Below, piece after piece: positions 9,526-18,653 of a stretch of 35,164 nucleotides of DNA. The first letter of the stretch is position 1, and every line of letters starts with the position of its first letter. Origin of the DNA: Rickettsiaceae bacterium (lineage in GTDB: Bacteria; Pseudomonadota; Alphaproteobacteria; Rickettsiales; Rickettsiaceae); the NCBI GenBank assembly GCA_028372485.1, contig JAOMYS010000001.1, forward strand, positions 1-35,164, given 5' to 3'. The notes beneath the pieces were generated by a model, which was not told the DNA's origin, ran no database searches, and saw nothing but the letters and a program-made list of their open reading frames with translations. Made by a program: the position numbers and the translations under genes.

Positions 9526-11622
9526 TCATGAAAAATCTATCTCGTGATCCAATTCTTCTTTTCTCTTCTGCTTTTCTTTGTCGCTCTTTGCGCCTTCCTT
9601 TGACTTAGTTTTGGTTTTGCTCTTCGCCTTTGTGGGCTTGCTTTTTGCAAGCTTCTTTTCTCCTAAACCTACAGGCTTTTGTGAGGCAGAGTTGGATGTT
9701 GAATCATTAGATTCTACGCTGCTTGAGCTGGGGCGGGAAGCGGAGCTTTTCTTTTTTCTTGGCTTGGGTTTGGTGCTTAGAGTAGATTTTTCTGTGTCTT
9801 GCGTGCTATTTAAGCTTGGCTGGTCTTCTGATTCTCGCTTTTCATCATCTGGTAATTCCATAAACCAATCATTCTTGTCTTTGATTTTAGCCTCGGGTGT
9901 TTGGATCTTTGCTACTCTTGTAGATATCTCGGGAAGTATAGCATAACATTCGCCAATGCTTAATTTAGCAAAATCTTCATAAGGTACTAGAGGAGATTGC
10001 TCACTTCTTTCGTTGTAGCTTACCCCATCCCTAAATTCATTTGCTCCGAAGCTTGTGTTTTTCTGTTGGCTGATGGTAGTTTTTCTACCGCAGAGTTTTG
10101 AATATAATTCTCCCATTCTTGGATCATCGCTTGAAAAAGCAAACTTCGTTTTAAATAAACCGATAAGAGTAGAGCTTTCTGCATCTCCGTAATGATGATA
10201 CAATTGACTGGTAGATTGTACTCCAGCTAAAACACATGCTCCGTACTTTCTTCCCTCTGCCAGTAACTGGGCAATGCTTGGAAGTTTACCAAGACTTGGT
10301 AGTTCGTCCATCACTATCCATAGCTTGTTGCTCGGCTTTGCTCTTGTTCTTCTCATGCGTGATATGAATAATTCAAGTATTGATGCATTCAGTGGTGTGG
10401 TTAATTCTCTAGATGCGGGATCGGTTGCTAAGAATAACCAAGACTTCTTGCCTTCGTTTAATCCCTTGGTATAGCTCTTAATGGAAAAGCCATTATCCTT
10501 GTCCGTATCTTTTAAAAACTTCAAGGGTTTTACGTTAGCCATCAAAACAGCTATTATTGATGAAGCGGTTTTTGCATTATCCTTGGTAAAGTATTTGGCA
10601 GTATCTGTGCCACGTAGGATTTCATATAATTCTGATACATCGCTTCTAGTGAGGCTATCGTATAATTCTTGTACTGAATGCTGCTTGTATTTTTTTAGTA
10701 CATCGGCGCAAGATACAAAAACATTATGTGCAGCTTGTTCCCAAAAGTCACTTGCTGCTTTATTGTTTTTTCTACTGTTAAAGCCAATTAGTATGTCAGC
10801 AAACTTTTCTATATCTTGCTGCCTTGAGCAGTCGCTCCAGAAATCCCAATCCGTGCCTCTAGAGTCAAATGGATTAAATATAATGTCACCACGTTCTTGG
10901 TTATAGTATTTTGCTATCATCTCCCCAGTATTATCTATGACGATCGCAGGCTCTCCTCTCTTCTCTATTTGAGGTAGCATATTATGCATTAAGTTGGTTT
11001 TACCAGAGCCTATAGAGCCAGATAGTAGAAAGTTCATGGTTTCCATATCCTTTACAAGGGGCATATCACCTATTTTTAGATCACTTGCTCTTCCGATCTT
11101 GCGAAGAGCATTTTTAACTTCTTTGGCAGTTAGTATCTTATTTGCTCCATCTTTAGTTTTCTCAGCTTTGAGGTTTTTGCCGAACTTACTCCATAATATG
11201 AATATTAAGCAGAATATGAGGGAGGCAAAGAAGGCGGAAGCAATTAGTATTTCTGCAGTGAGTGACATGCCATTACTATTTGCTTTTTGAAACAAGCGAA
11301 ACTCCCTAATCACTCTAGGGTCAATATCGGTCTTTACTATGCCAGACTTTGTTTTTACATTGATGTAAGTTATATAGGTTGGTTGTTTTCCTATAGTCAT
11401 GCGAAGTGAATTTATAGCCCCATCAAACTCATCAGCAAGTACAGCTTTTTGGTAAGAGTAGAAAGCCTCCCAGTCCAGCTCCTTTAGATCCTTGCTGTGC
11501 ATGGCAACTGATGCTATCGCCCCAAGCAAGAAAGCAACGGATACAGTTCTTGTAAATACCTGCTGGAACATCCTGATTTTATGTAGGAATACTTGACCAC
11601 CGCCTATGAAGTTATTTAACAT
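9526..11622 (-). CDS. traD: F-type type IV coupling protein TraD
   Basis: GGGQVFLHKIRMFQQ N-terminus, two TM segments, Walker A GSIGSGKT, FNPFDSR, Walker B MDELPSLGKL, AEGRKYG, SFGANEFRDGVS. Confidence 0.93.
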   Translation of the reverse strand: MLNNFIGGGQVFLHKIRMFQQVFTRTVSVAFLLGAIASVAMHSKDLKELDWEAFYSYQKAVLADEFDGAINSLRMTIGKQPTYITYINVKTKSGIVKTDIDPRVIREFRLFQKANSNGMSLTAEILIASAFFASLIFCLIFILWSKFGKNLKAEKTKDGANKILTAKEVKNALRKIGRASDLKIGDMPLVKDMETMNFLLSGSIGSGKTNLMHNMLPQIEKRGEPAIVIDNTGEMIAKYYNQERGDIIFNPFDSRGTDWDFWSDCSRQQDIEKFADILIGFNSRKNNKAASDFWEQAAHNVFVSCADVLKKYKQHSVQELYDSLTRSDVSELYEILRGTDTAKYFTKDNAKTASSIIAVLMANVKPLKFLKDTDKDNGFSIKSYTKGLNEGKKSWLFLATDPASRELTTPLNASILELFISRMRRTRAKPSNKLWIVMDELPSLGKLPSIAQLLAEGRKYGACVLAGVQSTSQLYHHYGDAESSTLIGLFKTKFAFSSDDPRMGELYSKLCGRKTTISQQKNTSFGANEFRDGVSYNERSEQSPLVPYEDFAKLSIGECYAILPEISTRVAKIQTPEAKIKDKNDWFMELPDDEKRESEDQPSLNSTQDTEKSTLSTKPKPRKKKSSASRPSSSSVESNDSTSNSASQKPVGLGEKKLAKSKPTKAKSKTKTKSKEGAKSDKEKQKRKEELDHEIDFS

Positions 11623-11688
11623 TCTTGTTTACCTGTATTTTTATTACCCTTCATTTTGAAACTTTGTTTTATTCTATTTTTCTAAATA

Positions 11689-12213
11689 CCCAGCCAGCAC
11701 ATTACTACCTTGCAAAAATATTATCAGCCTTTGTGTAATTTTACTGTATTTACAAAATGTAGTACTCCGCATTCTAACCACTATCCATCATTTGCCAATT
11801 AGTTATTTTCTTTGTCAATTCTTCTAATTCTTGAATGGTATTCTTTGCACGCTCAAGATGTTCATTTAACTCACTAAGTTTTGGAAATTGATCTTCGCAT
11901 TGTTGATTACTAAGTTCATGAAGTTGACAAAAATAGTTTTTAAATCGTTCGTATTCAGCAAAATTGAGGTCTTTATTTCTTGTTGGAAAAAACATCGTTG
12001 AATTTTGTTCTAATGTCGCCTCTGACGTTTTTAAACCTCTAGGAAATACAATTATTATAGTCAACACAATTAACAAAATTGTTAAAATTACTATTTTAGA
12101 CTGACTAAAATTTTTCAAATTATTGTACAAAGTGATTTTGGTCATTTCTGTCTCTTGTTTAAAGTTATTTGTATTAATTAATAATGAATTACTCCCAGCC
12201 AGCACATTACTAC
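11689..12213. repeat. 20-bp perfect direct repeat pair flanking an orphan gene
   Basis: CCCAGCCAGCACATTACTAC at 11689-11708 and 12194-12213. Confidence 0.9.
11774..12145 (-). CDS. hypothetical single-TM protein
   Basis: Probable start MTKITL at 12145 (the upstream part of the 203-aa ORF overlaps the SLT gene out of frame); one TM helix, two Cys residues, coiled-coil-like end. Confidence 0.65.
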   Translation of the reverse strand: MTKITLYNNLKNFSQSKIVILTILLIVLTIIIVFPRGLKTSEATLEQNSTMFFPTRNKDLNFAEYERFKNYFCQLHELSNQQCEDQFPKLSELNEHLERAKNTIQELEELTKKITNWQMMDSG

Positions 12214-12975
12214 TTTTCGTGAATATACTTTGTGATGTATAGGCTTTGCTGAATGATAATGACGAAGAGCTTTGTGCCAATCTCCGTGTTTGAGTTTTAG
12301 GTTGCTTAAATGCTCTGCTGCGTAAGATATATTTGCATCTATAGATACCATGGAATCTATGGAGGCGAAGCTCTTCCTGTGCCATTTGTAATTGATTTGA
12401 GATATCCCTATATAGATATTAACAACGCCAGAGGAAATAGCCTCGTTGATTGCCTTAATCGCTTCATCTTTACACCTGAAATACAGAGGTTTACCGTTGA
12501 TATTAAGAGCAAATGGATTAAGGTTAGATTCTGTTTTGATAACAGCGAGTAATAGACCAGATGGTATACGGTGCTTTACCTCTTGTGCCTTGATTAACTC
12601 TATAATCTCAAGCCTAGAAACTACTTCATTTCTATTTACTCCTCCATAAGCTGAATTATTACATAGGAACAAACCAATAATGCTGCCAATAGCTATGAAT
12701 TGCTTGGCGATAAGCTCTATTTTTGGTACAATATTAGTATATGGTTTAAACCAATTATATGAGCGTGTTATGCAAGATTTTACAAAACCACTAGCAGCAG
12801 CAAATGCTGTGCCTACAGCCAAGAACAAATGGCTTACAAAGGATAGACTCTCGAACTTTGTGTTTTGGTTTTGTATGAGTTTTGGGTTTTCGTCAGCACT
12901 AATACTTGCTAATATAGGTAGTAAACAAAATACTTTCTCATATTGGATCTCGTTTTTATTTTGGGTTACCATCAT
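12178..12975 (-). CDS. lytic transglycosylase (SLT domain); start uncertain (ORF open to 13302)
   Basis: IPSGLLLAVIKTES (catalytic Glu), PFALNING, IGISQINYKWH, NISYAAEHL, WHKALRHYHS...YSRKV. The ATG at 12975/12972 is the nearest in-frame ATG upstream of the domain. Confidence 0.85.
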   Translation of the reverse strand: MMVTQNKNEIQYEKVFCLLPILASISADENPKLIQNQNTKFESLSFVSHLFLAVGTAFAAASGFVKSCITRSYNWFKPYTNIVPKIELIAKQFIAIGSIIGLFLCNNSAYGGVNRNEVVSRLEIIELIKAQEVKHRIPSGLLLAVIKTESNLNPFALNINGKPLYFRCKDEAIKAINEAISSGVVNIYIGISQINYKWHRKSFASIDSMVSIDANISYAAEHLSNLKLKHGDWHKALRHYHSAKPIHHKVYSRKVVMCWLGVIHY

Positions 12976-13447
12976 TGGTGTTCCATTTTTAGTGAGTCGC
13001 TTTTCTAAAACAACCTTTGTAAAAGATAAGATCTTTTTAAACAGCGAAGGTAATGTAATACCAGAAAAAAACATGCCAGACTTAGGTGTTATATTTTTGT
13101 TTACAGTATTAGCATTGGCTATAACAGGATTTCTTTTTGATAAATTTAAAATATTAGACCATTTAGGTACTGTTGCCATAGCAATGGTTTTATTTGGTAT
13201 TCCTAGTTTATTTTTCATATATAAAAATTGTCCTATTTCTATTTTATTTAACCTTAAATATTGGGAACTTAGATCCACAGAGCGACGTAAATCGTCAGGC
13301 AATGACGACCATCATGCAAAATATACAAAAAGTTGCCGTGATAGAATGAATAGCCCTGTATATCAAAATCTTCCTCAAAACGTTCATTATAGGCATCGCC
13401 AGTTTATTTCTTTTTTGGATCAACATATTGACCACCAGTATTGTTAA
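12875..13447 (+). CDS. hypothetical membrane protein convergent on traG (entry-exclusion candidate); start uncertain (12680, 12875 or 13073)
   Basis: About three TM segments followed by a hydrophilic tail ending SPVYQNLPQNVHY; fills the gap between SLT and traG on the opposite strand. Confidence 0.65.
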   Translation: MSFGFSSALILANIGSKQNTFSYWISFLFWVTIIGVPFLVSRFSKTTFVKDKIFLNSEGNVIPEKNMPDLGVIFLFTVLALAITGFLFDKFKILDHLGTVAIAMVLFGIPSLFFIYKNCPISILFNLKYWELRSTERRKSSGNDDHHAKYTKSCRDRMNSPVYQNLPQNVHYRHRQFISFLDQHIDHQYC

Positions 13448-16337
13448 AGGAATAGCGTGGTTTATGACCTTTAGGAAAGGGTGTAAACTCCTTAGTCTTT
13501 AAATCATATGTACCACCCTTTGGCTCATAAGGTTTTCCAATAGGGTCACCGAGATCTAGATCGCTTTTAACATTTTCTTTTGGACGACCAATGCTATTGC
13601 CTGCATTGCCTAATGTGACAATATTTGCTGCTGGATTAACAATGTTACTAGCCGCAAAACCTTTTCCAATCCTATCCTCCTCATATTTATCTATTTTTTC
13701 TTGTTTATCGCTCTGCTTATCTTTGATATCATGCTGCTCCTTTATATAACTCATAGTGTTTTTATAGCGACCTTGCTCGTATTGATCCTTCATGCGATCA
13801 TGATCGCCAGTCATTTTGGTTTCAGCCGACTTTATATCGGTATCAATATTATTTTCCTTAGCAAATTGATCCCTTTTGTCTCCTATATTACTATTTATCT
13901 GGTTGTTGCTTGCAAAGTCACCAACCTTATTGGACGTCTGAATTTGTTCTCCTTGCGATTTAATCTCATTAAACTTCTCCTGATATTTAGCTGATGTAAA
14001 ATCTCTAAATGCTTCTTGAGCCTTATCCGTTTTCTTAGATACCGCCTCATGAGCGTCTCTTGCGCTACCTCCGTGTAATTTTTGGTAATGATCAGCTACG
14101 TCCTGAGTAATGTCTTTTGACATTTCACTAGAGTTGCTTTCTGCAAAACTATAGGTTTTATTATGAGAATCTATATTGCTCTTGTGCTGGGCAATAGATT
14201 TATCCAATCTTTCTACTTCCTGATAACTTTCTCGTACCGAGTCTTGCGTATTTTTATCAACGCCCTTGCTTTCAAGATACGCACTATGTTCTGACGCTCT
14301 GTCAGTAGTGCCAGATTTGTTATTTGAATTTATTCCACTCTCAATGTCATTCACTCCTGTTACCTGTTGAGAGCTTGAATTTCCAGCTGTTACACTACCA
14401 CCAGCCTTCACGTCTACGCCAGCTACATATTTGGCTATTCTTCCTGCTGCTAACATAGGATCTACCTCTCCCTTTAAATGAGCTTCGGCATTTTGTTCCC
14501 AGGTATAGTTATTTGTATCGTTCAGACGATCAATCGCATTTAACGTCTTCATTACTTCCCGCCCCTCCTCTGTAGAAGTATCAATATTATATCCGTTATC
14601 GGTTTTGGTATTTTGAGCTAGGCTATGTAATGCAGATGCTTCTGATGCTACCATCCTATCAAACGCTGTTGACCTTGTGGCAGTCTCTGACTCCATCTCT
14701 TGAGTCTCACGCCTAACACCTTCCTCTCTATGCATGTTAAAACCAGAACCTTCGGTATATCTGGTCTCTCCGCTTGAAGTACTCTGACCTGCCCCACCAA
14801 AGTAAACAGCCTTGCCATCTGGTCGAATCATTTCCATGCTACCGTCTGACATCATACTCCTTGCTGCACCGCTAACATATTGCATGCTACTGTCATGTTT
14901 GTTGCTAGAGACGTTGTCATTATTCTGATTTCTGATGGATTCGCTGTCCCACTCTCTTCTTCCGCTTGCTTTCTCACCAGCCATTGCAGATGCTGCGCTA
15001 TTAGCGTTTGCCATAACAGAGCCAGCTAAATGCATAAAGCCTCCTTCCGCCATGCGAGTAAGCCAAAATGCTAGAAATGGTATCATAAGGCTTAGGTTTG
15101 CAGCAGTAGATGCAATTGAGTCGAACTTCTTAAGCTCCGTAGACCAGCTACTGTAGCTAACTATGGTTGCTGGTTGATAGGCAAAATCTATAACCATGTT
15201 GATCATTGAAAATAATGGTGACCATAGGGCAAGAGAGAATGCTGCTGTTATCCATGCTTTATATTTTGCGATGCCTCCAGTTAGGATAAGCATTGGAAAC
15301 AAAAAGATGAATGATCCATATACTATGATCTTCATAATAGCCAGTGAGCCTGTTAGCGTCTTTTCTGCTAAATCTCCTGAGATTAAACCACCAGCTTCAT
15401 TATGAAGCTGGGCTTTTGCTGCTGGATACTTACCACTTCTATAACTGTTTACTGCATTTATCATCATGTTGTGTTTAAGTAATGCATCAACGCTACTGTT
15501 GTTTTTATATAGAACTCCAATTTGTGCCTTTATGTTTTGATTTAATGCCCTTGATGCTGGATTGTAATTTGCATCCTTGCCTGCTCCTTGGAATTTCCAA
15601 GACCATGATGTAACGTTAGAGCCTATGGCATCGGTAAACTTCTTCTCAAAATATGGTACAGCGTCCTTACATTTTGGATGTGGGTCAACTCTTGTTCCAT
15701 TTACTGTCATTGGCGTTCTTGTAAATGTTCCAGCTGTGCTTGATATTAGTCCCCACATATCCTCACTTTCAACAAGCTCTTCTTTGGTAAACTGTTTACC
15801 AATCATAGATGGCAAGATCACGCAGCGTTCTATAAAGTTTGACATGTTACTGATAAATTCAGGATCACGTACTTTAGCTTGCAACACCTCTTTTTGCAGT
15901 CTTGCGCCAAAGACAGTACCGTAATGATAATAGCTATGAGCTGATGCTCCATCTACTAGGCTATATACTTGATCAAAGCCAGCAGCTAATATATGTCCGA
16001 AGTTTTCTATTACTCCGATTGGAAGAGCAAATGCAAGTGGTATGTTGTCTACTTGCCAGTAATGTTTTTCTACATTGTCTTTAATTGCCATTGTTGCAGT
16101 TGGAAGAAGTAATGCTTGAATGAATATTCCCATAGCCATTACTCTTCTAATAGCCGATCTCCATTGATCATCACTACTTGCTGCTGCCATCTGTATGGCA
16201 TAGGTAAGTCCCGCTAGAAGCGAGACTGTAGTGATTACACTTGTGTAGAAATTAGAGTTTCTAAACATAGCGATAGCTTGCAATGTGTGGTAGATCAGCT
16301 CGCTATAGCCGTATGAGTATATTGTAAAATCTAGCAT
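13404..16337 (-). CDS. traG: F-type mating-pair stabilisation protein TraG
   Basis: FTIYSYG..LIYHTLQAIA, VDNIPLAFALP, NFIERCV, several TM segments, long Ser/Asn-rich C-terminal region; follows traH. Confidence 0.92.
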   Translation of the reverse strand: MLDFTIYSYGYSELIYHTLQAIAMFRNSNFYTSVITTVSLLAGLTYAIQMAAASSDDQWRSAIRRVMAMGIFIQALLLPTATMAIKDNVEKHYWQVDNIPLAFALPIGVIENFGHILAAGFDQVYSLVDGASAHSYYHYGTVFGARLQKEVLQAKVRDPEFISNMSNFIERCVILPSMIGKQFTKEELVESEDMWGLISSTAGTFTRTPMTVNGTRVDPHPKCKDAVPYFEKKFTDAIGSNVTSWSWKFQGAGKDANYNPASRALNQNIKAQIGVLYKNNSSVDALLKHNMMINAVNSYRSGKYPAAKAQLHNEAGGLISGDLAEKTLTGSLAIMKIIVYGSFIFLFPMLILTGGIAKYKAWITAAFSLALWSPLFSMINMVIDFAYQPATIVSYSSWSTELKKFDSIASTAANLSLMIPFLAFWLTRMAEGGFMHLAGSVMANANSAASAMAGEKASGRREWDSESIRNQNNDNVSSNKHDSSMQYVSGAARSMMSDGSMEMIRPDGKAVYFGGAGQSTSSGETRYTEGSGFNMHREEGVRRETQEMESETATRSTAFDRMVASEASALHSLAQNTKTDNGYNIDTSTEEGREVMKTLNAIDRLNDTNNYTWEQNAEAHLKGEVDPMLAAGRIAKYVAGVDVKAGGSVTAGNSSSQQVTGVNDIESGINSNNKSGTTDRASEHSAYLESKGVDKNTQDSVRESYQEVERLDKSIAQHKSNIDSHNKTYSFAESNSSEMSKDITQDVADHYQKLHGGSARDAHEAVSKKTDKAQEAFRDFTSAKYQEKFNEIKSQGEQIQTSNKVGDFASNNQINSNIGDKRDQFAKENNIDTDIKSAETKMTGDHDRMKDQYEQGRYKNTMSYIKEQHDIKDKQSDKQEKIDKYEEDRIGKGFAASNIVNPAANIVTLGNAGNSIGRPKENVKSDLDLGDPIGKPYEPKGGTYDLKTKEFTPFPKGHKPRYSFNNTGGQYVDPKKK

Positions 16338-16389
16338 ATCTATTATTCTTTTTTTGTTTTGTTATCTATTTTTTAATATCTATTTTCGT

Positions 16390-17838
16390 TTAATCCTGAC
16401 TATGGTTGTTGAAGAAATCCTCGAACTTCTGATTAAAGAATCTTCTATCTTGATGTAACCTTGCTTTACTCTGGGCTATTGTGTCGTATCTCTTAAATGC
16501 AGCATTCTTATGTTCTGCAAGTAACCTCATTGTTGTTCTGGCTTCCGCTTCAAATGCTTTAAAAGCCTCACCATCTGCAATTTGGGCAAATGCTAGTTCT
16601 CCGACCGCTTCTTGCACCTCCTGTAGAAGGAGTGCCAAGTAGCTGGTAACTACATCAAAGCATAGAGCTTCTATGAACTCTGATTGATTCAGTGCAACAT
16701 TTGCTTTGTTTGAGTAAACACCTAAATCAATTTCAATCTTGGTAATAAGGGGCATAGAGGACAAGGATACTAGGGTTTCTTCCTCACCCGTTAAATCTCC
16801 TTGATTGACATATACTTTTTCAACTATCTGCTCTATTAGTTTTGATATTTTGGTAAATAGAACTGAGTCTTTATCGATTGCAGCCTCGCTAATAGTTGGC
16901 TTGAGGCATTTTTCAGTTTCATCGCATGTATAGAGCTTTACTTTGTTTGAGCCAGTTCCACCTACTCCCATGAAGTCTTTGATCAAATCCTTATTAATAA
17001 GTGACTTCTTATGGACTACAGATGGCTTACCATCATTATCTTTAGTGCCAATGATAGTACCTGATATACTCATCAGTAACTCCTTAAGCTCTCTGCCGCC
17101 AGCGTCAGAAGTGGTTTTTTTTGCAAGAGCCTTCCAAACTAGATTGAAATTATCACCAAGCTGGGATTCTAGTTCTGGGTTCTTGGTAGCATCACGACCA
17201 TCGTCTTCCTTTGATCTTGTAGTAACATCAGCAGCATCCTTGCCCTCGCCCTTTAGCACCATATCTGCTTGTCTGGTTGCTCTTGAGGAGGCTGCCATTT
17301 TAGATGCCATTCCATCTACTAACTTTGTCATATCTTCACAATCAGTTTTTGCCATGCCATTAATCCAGTCAGCTTTAGCATCCAACCATTCCATTAAATC
17401 CTGACATTGAGGGCATAGAGTTTTAATTGCCATCATTCCGCCATAAGTTACTGCGTTTTCTACTAGTCCTTTTAGATGGTTCATAAGTTCTGCTGATGAT
17501 ACTCCGCTTATACCTCCTCCTAGTATCTCAAGCTGCGCTCCGCATGGCAGACCACCCATCTTACATGATGGCGCTCTTACGTGTAGTAATTGCAAGCCAG
17601 GGTTTGCTGGGGTTTTAATAACAACAGAGCCTCCAGTAAGGTGACCTCCTTCTTGTTCTTTTGTGATAGCTCCTTTAGTGACATTACTCATAGTTCCACT
17701 TGGAAATACGTTTTTAACCAAAGTATCCAAACCAGCAAATGCGTTATTTGGCAGGAGCGATAGAGATAGCAGCAATATCAAAGTAACTTGCCTTAGATGC
17801 TGTTTTATTTTGTTATTAAGGTTTGATATCTGGCTCAT
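16390..17838 (-). CDS. traH: F-type pilus assembly protein TraH
   Basis: Signal peptide, SNVT...QEGGHLTGGS, APSCKMG..CGAQLEILGG.S, AIKTLCPQC, NLVWKAL, LMSISGTII. Confidence 0.92.
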   Translation of the reverse strand: MSQISNLNNKIKQHLRQVTLILLLSLSLLPNNAFAGLDTLVKNVFPSGTMSNVTKGAITKEQEGGHLTGGSVVIKTPANPGLQLLHVRAPSCKMGGLPCGAQLEILGGGISGVSSAELMNHLKGLVENAVTYGGMMAIKTLCPQCQDLMEWLDAKADWINGMAKTDCEDMTKLVDGMASKMAASSRATRQADMVLKGEGKDAADVTTRSKEDDGRDATKNPELESQLGDNFNLVWKALAKKTTSDAGGRELKELLMSISGTIIGTKDNDGKPSVVHKKSLINKDLIKDFMGVGGTGSNKVKLYTCDETEKCLKPTISEAAIDKDSVLFTKISKLIEQIVEKVYVNQGDLTGEEETLVSLSSMPLITKIEIDLGVYSNKANVALNQSEFIEALCFDVVTSYLALLLQEVQEAVGELAFAQIADGEAFKAFEAEARTTMRLLAEHKNAAFKRYDTIAQSKARLHQDRRFFNQKFEDFFNNHSQD

Positions 17839-18653
17839 TATTTTTTTGCCTCGTCTTTACTTTCGTTTTTGTGTTTTTCTAGGTAATCAGCAAGCAGCAA
17901 CGCTTTATCCTCTAAATCAGGAATAGATACAGCTCCCCTTGCTAGTTCAAAGCGCATACTGCTATCCTTGGTAACTGCTATTACAGTTGGCATAACATTT
18001 AGATTTAATGCCTTTGTAATTGCTGGATTATTGTGAGTTTTAAAATATTTGCTTTTACTGTTATCAGCTGAGACTGCCTCTACTTTGAATCCGTATTTAT
18101 TGGCAAAGGAATTGAGGTGTTTCTCTAGCAGCGGGCAATGAGAGCAATTCTCCTCTCTAAATACGAACAGCTCTATTTTAGGGATTAGTGATTTAATGGT
18201 TTGCTTATCTCTTGCCTGCTTTTCTGATTTCTTAACATTCCTTCCGTAAATATTTTGCGGAGCGTTTAAATTATCTGCTAGATTTGGATTTAGGAAATTT
18301 GCCATAGCAAAGTTGCGGGCTAATGTCATTGATGCGTTTAGCATCTCTTGTTCCTTTTCTTTGTAGAGCCTGATGTAATTTATGTTATCTGGGTAACGGA
18401 TCATCATGTGACGTAAGTTCTCAAGCTCTTCCTTAAACTCTTCGTTTTCATGTTTTGCCTTTTCCATCTCCTCTTTTGTTGGAATATGATTTGGGTCTTG
18501 CGGCTCTTGCGGTGGGTTTTGATCTACACCCTCATCCCTCTCCTTTTCTTCAAACCATAACCAGCCACGATAGCTCTGATTGAAGAAATTAGATTTTGCA
18601 GCATTGGCACTGGTGCTAATAAACAAGAATAGTAAAATTATTATTTGTTTCAT
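17838..18653 (-). CDS. traF: F-type pilus assembly protein TraF (thioredoxin-like)
   Basis: Signal peptide, RGWLWFEE, LFVFREENCSHC, FANKYGFKVEAVSAD; lies between traN and traH. Confidence 0.9.
   Translation of the reverse strand: MKQIIILLFLFISTSANAAKSNFFNQSYRGWLWFEEKERDEGVDQNPPQEPQDPNHIPTKEEMEKAKHENEEFKEELENLRHMMIRYPDNINYIRLYKEKEQEMLNASMTLARNFAMANFLNPNLADNLNAPQNIYGRNVKKSEKQARDKQTIKSLIPKIELFVFREENCSHCPLLEKHLNSFANKYGFKVEAVSADNSKSKYFKTHNNPAITKALNLNVMPTVIAVTKDSSMRFELARGAVSIPDLEDKALLLADYLEKHKNESKDEAKK

Noticed and set aside
9578-11290. Several plus-strand ORFs opposite F-type traD
   Set aside because: Ser/Leu/Phe-rich shadow frames of a well-supported gene; no motifs.
12146-12385. N-terminal 80 aa of the 203-aa ORF 11774..12385
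   Set aside because: Overlaps the conserved SLT C-terminus in another frame; the ATG at 12145 is the more plausible start.
13701-17926. Plus-strand ORFs opposite traG and traH
   Set aside because: Shadow frames with no independent evidence.
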